Source: Chrysomallon squamiferum (taxonomy: Eukaryota > Animalia > Mollusca). Taken from it: 64,000 bases of DNA. The translations under genes were made by a program, and so were the position numbers. The stretch is taken from NCBI GenBank assembly GCA_012295275.1, contig CM022670.1, positions 35,092,001 through 35,156,000 of the forward strand. Reading direction: 5' to 3'. Each line of letters begins with the position of its first letter. The stretch's first letter is position 1. A model generated the notes under the pieces. It saw only the letters and a list, made by a program, of their open reading frames with translations. It ran no database searches and was not told the origin of the DNA. Shown in pieces: positions 57,177 to 64,000 of this stretch.

Positions 57177-58399
57177 TATTTATTTATTTATTATTATTAT
57201 TTTTTTTAATATAACAAAAACATGAATTATGCATCTATTAAAATAATGCTCTTTTTTTCATTGTTATATGTACTTCTTTGCGCTTATTTATTTATTTATA
57301 TACTGGTTCGTTTATTTGTTTGCTTTCTTGCTTGTTTCCTTCATTTACCTTGTTTTTTTATTTGCTTACTTATACAAAAACAATAGTTAAAAAAAAAAAA
57401 AAAAAAACACACAAAAACCCGTTATTCTCAAAGGACCGACTAAACCATAACAAAGCGAGGTTTTTAGGCAAATTTCGGAAACGACACTATCAGGGCAGCA
57501 GTGAACTTTGATATGAAAGCAGACGAGTGTCGCAAACTGCCGTCACGACTTGCCCCGGGGCTGGTTTGCTCGGGTTGTTGTTGACTGTTCTTTGTCACAG
57601 ACATCAGTCGGGACTCGAGCCGAGAGCTATAAAGCCAAATGATAATTGGACAGCAGGAAACGAGAAATGTTTGAAGTCCCCATAGATGAATCTCGATAGC
57701 TGTAGACAGAGAAAATAATGAACCCTACATTGTTCTAATCGCTACAAATCAGTTTTTTTTTTTTCTTCTCTACAGATATAAGGCCGTCTGGAAAACGCTT
57801 CTTACGTACTTTGCAAGAACAAATTTACAAATTAATTAAATGTGCCTTTCACGGAGTCGTTTTATGTCTTCATGGGCCGAGGTTGTTTGGTCTGATGGCA
57901 AAAAAAAAATGTCATTCGTTTTTCCTTTCTTTGTTTTCAGTGACGAAATAGAAAAACAATTAAATTAAGAACATGATAGGTTTTTGTAAACATTCGAAAT
58001 AATTGCTGGACATTTACGTAAACGATGGTTTAAAAGAATCCAGAAAAATTTCTGTTTTCTTTAAAAATCAAATATGGTTAAGCAATATTGTTTTCCAATT
58101 TTTTTTTTTTTTTTTTTTCCAAAGAACTTCATTTACTGTCTTAACACAAATAATATAATCTGAATGTATGTTTAACATTTTCAAATTTTTTTTTTAATGA
58201 AACCTGAATAAAATAATGATGTACCATTTTAATATAAAACAATTCTGATCCTCTGAACGTTATTTTATTTCATTTTATTTTATTATAAATTTTGTTTATT
58301 TATTATTTTTTTATTTAAATTTTGATTTGAATTAATTGTTGTTATTTTTATTGTTTGTTTTTTTTGTTGTTGTTATATTTTTTCGTTTTGACAAGATTA

Positions 58400-58433
<34 letters not shown>

Positions 58434-59180
58434 TAAATTATCTATTAAGAGAGAAAGAAGAAGAAGTGCACCATGAACTCGAGGATTCACAGTGATTACA
58501 TTTTATATTTTAGGACGCCAGAATCCCAGACAAGCGGTCTTCTTTTTAACGACTGTGACTGAGTGAAAATAAAGTTTTACGTCGATGAACTAACAACAAG
58601 TCAAAATAAACTGAACTATCAGTATTCATACTGAAATAATTGTGTATTTATTAATGCCTTAAATAATCGGTCATTATACAGTCTGGATCCTTTCTGTCAA
58701 ATGAAATAACCAAAGATTGCTGTGATATGTAAATACGTGGGCCAAAGGTCAGACTCTATGACATCTGACCCAGCCTTCATTGCCTAAATCAGTTCATGTC
58801 GACGAGTGCATCGGGCTATGTCGTGTCTCGAGTTAATGGGTGCAGATTATCGAGACTTCGATAAAATTTGCTGCCGATGCTCGCTGGTAGACATATTTAA
58901 GGCAAATTTGTTTTGATAAATGTCCTCAGAGAAAGACAAGGAAGGAACATCTATTAAAGATGACAAGGGATTTAAACATATTTTTTTTATAATGGTGGAC
59001 GGAACATCAACATTTAATATTATTATTCCTAGCAGTAGTTTGGTAACTAAACCAGCCTTTTTCGTAATAAAGTATGAGTCTTGGATACTCGTAATTTCCC
59101 ATTGTTACGTTAACATGATTTTAAAAGAAAAGAAAAGACAATAATTTATGTGTAGTCACATTTTACTGTGGAAATTTTGT

Positions 59181-59345
59181 TGCTGTCTATGGGAAGGTTC
59201 AAACAACAGATTACATTTCTGCTAGCAGATATAAAGAGTAACCCATAGTGGCAGCAACTGGTTTCTTATATAGGAATTTAACATTACGAAAATAATCATG
59301 ATTGGCAAAATAATTTATTATATTAATTTAATATGCATTTCATAG
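59181..59345 (+). mobile_element. Degenerate interspersed repeat fragment (SINE-like), related to 25791-25960
   Basis: tgtctatgggaa...agatt...ctgcta...aaagagtaacccatagtggc...ggtttc. Boundaries approximate. Confidence 0.4.
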
Positions 59346-59619
59346 ATTAAAAAATTCAGGAAGTAAATAAAATGAACAATCATTTTATATATAATTTTGT
59401 ATATTTAAAAAGACCTGACTTATAACATACCATGTAACATAAGTCTATTATTTTTTAACTGATTTTGTCAAATAGATCATTGTTGTATTATAATATATAT
59501 ATATACACACACATACACACAAAGACACATACACACACATAGATAGACAGATAGATAGATAGATTAGATAGATTAGATAGATAAAATATTGTTCATATAG
59601 CAGATTACAGTCCATTGAC

Positions 59620-59880
59620 ATAGCTAATTATAATATTATTTATAAAATCAGTCATAATAAATTAATATCAAACTGTTTATACAGCAGGTTATAGTATGTC
59701 AATATAGCTAATTATAACATTAATTATAAAGCCAGTTATAACAATATAATACAGCTTAATATAAAATTTACTTACATAGCCAGTTATAACCTGTTAGTAT
59801 TGCTAAATATACAATATAGTTAAATATACAAGTTAATAAAGCTAAACATACAAGTTAACGTAGCTAGACATGATGTTACT
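59620..59880. repeat. Highly degenerate short-period tandem repeat (atagctaattata-like)
   Basis: Recurring tagctaa/agttata words; period not resolved by eye. Confidence 0.4.
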
Positions 59881-60626
59881 AAGATATCGTGGGATAATAC
59901 TGAAACAATGGAAAATTAATATTGACTGAACCCAGATCATTGCACAATCAGCAATTAATAATGTCAAAGACTTTATTAAAAGCAGTCAGTCCAGAATTCT
60001 GCAGAAGAAATCAGCTTCTGGCATCATGGTAATTTTTATTTTATTTTATTTTATTTTTTTTTTTTTATTTTTTTTGGTGTAAAACGTAGACAGGACTTGC
60101 ACTTTTGTTGCTTGTTAGATTGGTCCCACGATTACAGCACTATTCCATGACCCAGCGTGCCTATCTTCCACAATCGATTCCTAATATATTCCTGTCACGC
60201 GTAATTCTTGTGGTATTATGCACATCCACCCACCAGGGCGAACCGTGCATTATTTTGTTTCGGTGGAAATGCTTAGATAAGTGCAACAGACCACACTTCA
60301 TCATGTTGATAAAGAAAACATCGACGTTTTAACCCACTCAGTTTTGTTTTTTTATAAGTATACGGTAAATACGAGATTAATTGGGTATTTAATAGATATT
60401 CTCTGGACACAAACCTACGTATTCGAATGTACAAACAGACACATTCGAACGCTGAGATGCACGTACATACTCACATGTACGTGCACGTACGAACCCGCAC
60501 ATGCATAGGAACACGCCCGCACGCGAGTTTTCGTTCCAATCAGGTTTAAAATAACGTCGTAAATACGTCAAGAAAACATACAGTGAGAAACGCATACGCA
60601 AACATACGCGCAACAATGCGACCACT

Positions 60627-60692
60627 TTCATGCAAGGCTGATCTGTTCATGCAAGGCTGATCTGTTCATGCAAGGCTGATCTGTTCATGCAA
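60627..60692. repeat. 19-bp tandem repeat x3.5 (ttcatgcaaggctgatctg)
   Basis: Perfect copies at 60627, 60646 and 60665; partial copy at 60684. Confidence 0.95.
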
Positions 60693-60700
60693 AGTAACAT

Positions 60701-60990
60701 GTTTTCAGCATCATATTCATAGATGCAACAAAGAACTCAAATTACACATTATAACAAAGGTGTTTAGCACAATACACATATAACAAAGAACTCAAATTAC
60801 ACATTGTAACAAAGGTTTTTGAGCATCATGCACATAGATACACCAAAGAACTCAAATTACACATTGTAACAAAGGTTTTTAGCATTCATAAACATAGATA
60901 CAACAAAGAACTCAAATTACACATTGTAACAAAGGTTTTTAGCATCATAAACATAGATACAACAAAGAACTCAAATTACACATTGTAACA
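60701..60990. repeat. ~59-bp tandem repeat x~5 (caaagaactcaaattacacattgtaacaaaggttttt...)
   Basis: Five occurrences of caaagaactcaaa(a)ttacacatt. Confidence 0.93.
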
Positions 60991-61757
60991 CCTTAAAACA
61001 GAAACGCATCGTATACAAAATACACACCCAACACACGAAACATACACAAAATACACAAACAACAGAGATAAATTACAAACTGGACACCAAAAAACCCAGG
61101 CAGAATGTACAAAATAAACAACAGACAAAAACACATAATATAAAACAGAGTACACAGTGAAGACAAGGCAACAGAGAATGATATCAGAGCTGGTACAAAA
61201 AGGTTATAAAACAGAGTAAATTAATCATATTTATCTTCTAATACAAACATGTACAGCTTAATGTAATCCCCCCCACCAATCCAAATATTATGACAAAGTA
61301 ATAGTAATCAGATTTAGTTTCACACAAACTGGAAACTAATTTGAAAACATTAATGTCGGATTTACGAATGTCGATTTTAGATGAATAACTGAACTCCTCC
61401 CACATAGGTTGTAATAAATGTACATGGTAAAAAAAAAAAAAAAAAGGTAATAAAATATATTTTTTCATTTAGCTTTTACAGTGGCTTTGTCTTGTATAAA
61501 CTGAGTAAACAAACATTTCAGCGTCGAAAATGATGCACCAGATGGAAAAAAAGAGAGAGAAAAAAAAAAAAAAGAAGAAAAAATCGATGCAAGGATCATT
61601 TATGTGAAAACAAAAAGACTGGGTTATGGGATCAGAAGAACGTGAATGTATACTGCAATGGGCGGGTCGTTCTTGATTCACTCTTCAGGTGTAACAGGGA
61701 CTCTGCTAAAAGGGGATTAGATGGGCTGATTTGTCCGAAAAAGATTTTCAAACAGAA

Positions 61758-61788
<31 letters not shown>

Positions 61789-62704
61789 ACGCGTTTATTT
61801 TGCTTTTCCCAAAAGATTTTCATTTGTTTAGAAATATACACAAGAGACTAAATATAAAACTCTCTTTCAACAAATGAGAGAAATACTAACATGTAAAAAG
61901 CGTAGAAATATGTTCTTTTTTTCTCTTATGGATGTGATAATATTTTACTAATCAGAGAAATTGCGCAGCTACACGATCTCGTGGAGTAGTTTCCCTTTGG
62001 AAGACTCTCCAGTCACCATTGAGATCCAAAACAACACGTGGCCTAGTCACAAACGACGGGTTATCTCAAGTTAAATACCGAACCAATCGATAACACAGCC
62101 CAGAATTCTGCAAGTCACTAAATTACAGCATGTGTTGGCAGTTACCGAAATAGAATCAAAAACAAAAGAATACTGAAAATAAAATTTAAAAACGCGTTTC
62201 TCGTATGGAACAGAACGTGAATGTAAAAATCACTGATAAACAGCCTTTAATTGCCAATATTTCCCAGGAGACTCTTCTTTACAAGAGCAACAGTAGATAA
62301 AAAAAATAAAAAATAACTGAAATAACCAACGAAATTCCCTTACGATTCGTGTTTTAACTCTTTGTTGTTGCTGGCTAGGGCCACGTCTAATTCCTATTCC
62401 GGAGGGAGATAGAGATTTGGTAATAACAGTGATGACTCATAGCGACAACAAATTGTTATTTCTGTTAAGCCCATGGAGATGAGATACAACACACTGCTGT
62501 AGCAGTAAAATCAGATACTATGAACCAAAAAAGTAAACACATCACAGTGGTGTTAATTCAGAAACAATTCTATTGCATTTGGAAAGAAACTTCGACACTT
62601 GAGGAGCGTATTCTGAATTTCGAAAGGCGCGTGGACACGTTTTGGGGGTTTATGGGGATTAGAGGGTTTGATTTGCTCCAGATATGACAAACATAAAAAT
62701 ACAA

Positions 62705-62735
<31 letters not shown>

Positions 62736-63694
62736 TTGCTTAACGCATATTTTCCTCATTGTTTTTTTTCCAGAATGTGTGACGGCAGTTATACCCATTG
62801 AGTCATACGTTATTATGGAGGATATGCTTTTCAAGAAATGTTGGGGTTTTTGTTGTTGTTTTTTTGTATGCTTACTTTTATTGTGTTGTTTTGTTGTTGC
62901 TGTTGTTTGTTGTTGTTGTTTTTGTTTCTTTAAAAAAAATTCATTAGAAAACAAATTTAAATAAATAAATAAGTAAACTGGTAATTAAATAAATAAATAA
63001 ACAAATAAGCAATTGAATAAATAAATAAATAAACAAATAACTAAATAAGTAAATTGATAATTAAATAAATAAATAAGCAAATAAATAAATAAATAAATAA
63101 AAAAACAGATGGGGTACGCATTTTTCACTGTTAAAAATCAGGCTAGCTTACTGAACAGTTCTCCTTTACCAAACAGATAACCAATTTATTTTCGCTAGAT
63201 AGAAACAGAGTTTAATTTGGCAGACAGGACTGAGTAATAGAATGTCATTATTCCCGAATAAGACACAAAACAGAAGCTGTAATAAGATAGACGCCAGTAA
63301 TACATCAACTCATATAGACGCTGTTAGATATTTAAAACAGGAAGAAATCTGCAACCAAATAAAATTAATGAATATGCAGTTATTATTAGCTTTTCTTTTA
63401 TCTTTTATTTATCATTATTATTATTTTTATTATTATTATTATTATTATTTCTTCTTGAACGAGGTAATAAAAATATTAATAATTAACTGTTACGTGGAGT
63501 TCATACAAGACCACAGAGAGAACGAGAGACCGAAAACTTCCTCTCCTCAATAAGCTACAGTTTTTCGATGAGCAGTAAGGTTGAGAGGTATGCACTACGC
63601 ATTCCAATACAGACCCAAACAAATACACTTCTGATAATCAAGTCGTTGATACAGCCCAGCGAACTCACTGTGGAGCAGTCATGCATGAAACCAA

Positions 63695-63842
63695 AACAAC
63701 AACAACAACAACAATAAAACCAGCGGCTGTTGGTTTGAGACAGACTGAGGAGCAGTGATCCACGAAACCACAGAAACGACAACAACAACAACAACAACAA
63801 TAAAATAAAATTAAAAAACCCGGCGGCTGTTGCTTTGAGATA
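63695..63842. repeat. Local duplication, two copies of (aac)n-aataaaa...gcggctgttg-tttgaga
   Basis: Copies end near 63741 and 63842. Confidence 0.6.
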
Positions 63843-64000
63843 AAGTAAAAAAAGTCGTTGTAGTGGAACAAACCGTATGACAAAACTATTTACAGTACAA
63901 TAATCTGGTTGTTCTGTGACGACGAACATGATGTTATCAATAAGCTTGTATATTCCTAATTATCGGGTTATCGAACGTATAAAATATTTTTTTTAAAAAG

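Noticed and set aside
57109-64000. T1-domain exon for Kv copy C
   Set aside because: No T1 motifs in any listed ORF or by inspection; very small exons cannot be excluded by eye.

Overview
AT-rich, microsatellite-dense eukaryotic (metazoan) genomic DNA. An invertebrate, probably a mollusc, is my inference from composition and repeat style only. Four coding units are supported. Three are paralogous ~1.1 kb terminal exons, each encoding the full S1-S6 membrane region and C-tail of a divergent Shaw/Kv3-like K+ channel (6926-7987 +, 16328-17443 +, 56008-57108 -). All three begin at the same phase-0 splice acceptor. The fourth is a complete 7-exon ELOVL1/7-like fatty-acid elongase CDS (25405-30335, -, 292 aa). 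No exon for the N-terminal T1 domain is visible anywhere, including the 8.3 kb between the two tandem + strand Kv exons. This suggests swappable channel-body exons spliced to a shared upstream T1 exon. The channels carry unusual S4 (K5->His), S6 gate (TxPVIS) and, in one copy, selectivity-filter (TMVGYG) residues. Also present are a 105-bp tandem repeat that copies an ELOVL splice acceptor, a Tigger4/Zombi-like MITE, two foldback elements, degenerate SINE-like pieces and several minisatellites. Nearly all other ORFs in the track are simple-repeat artefacts.
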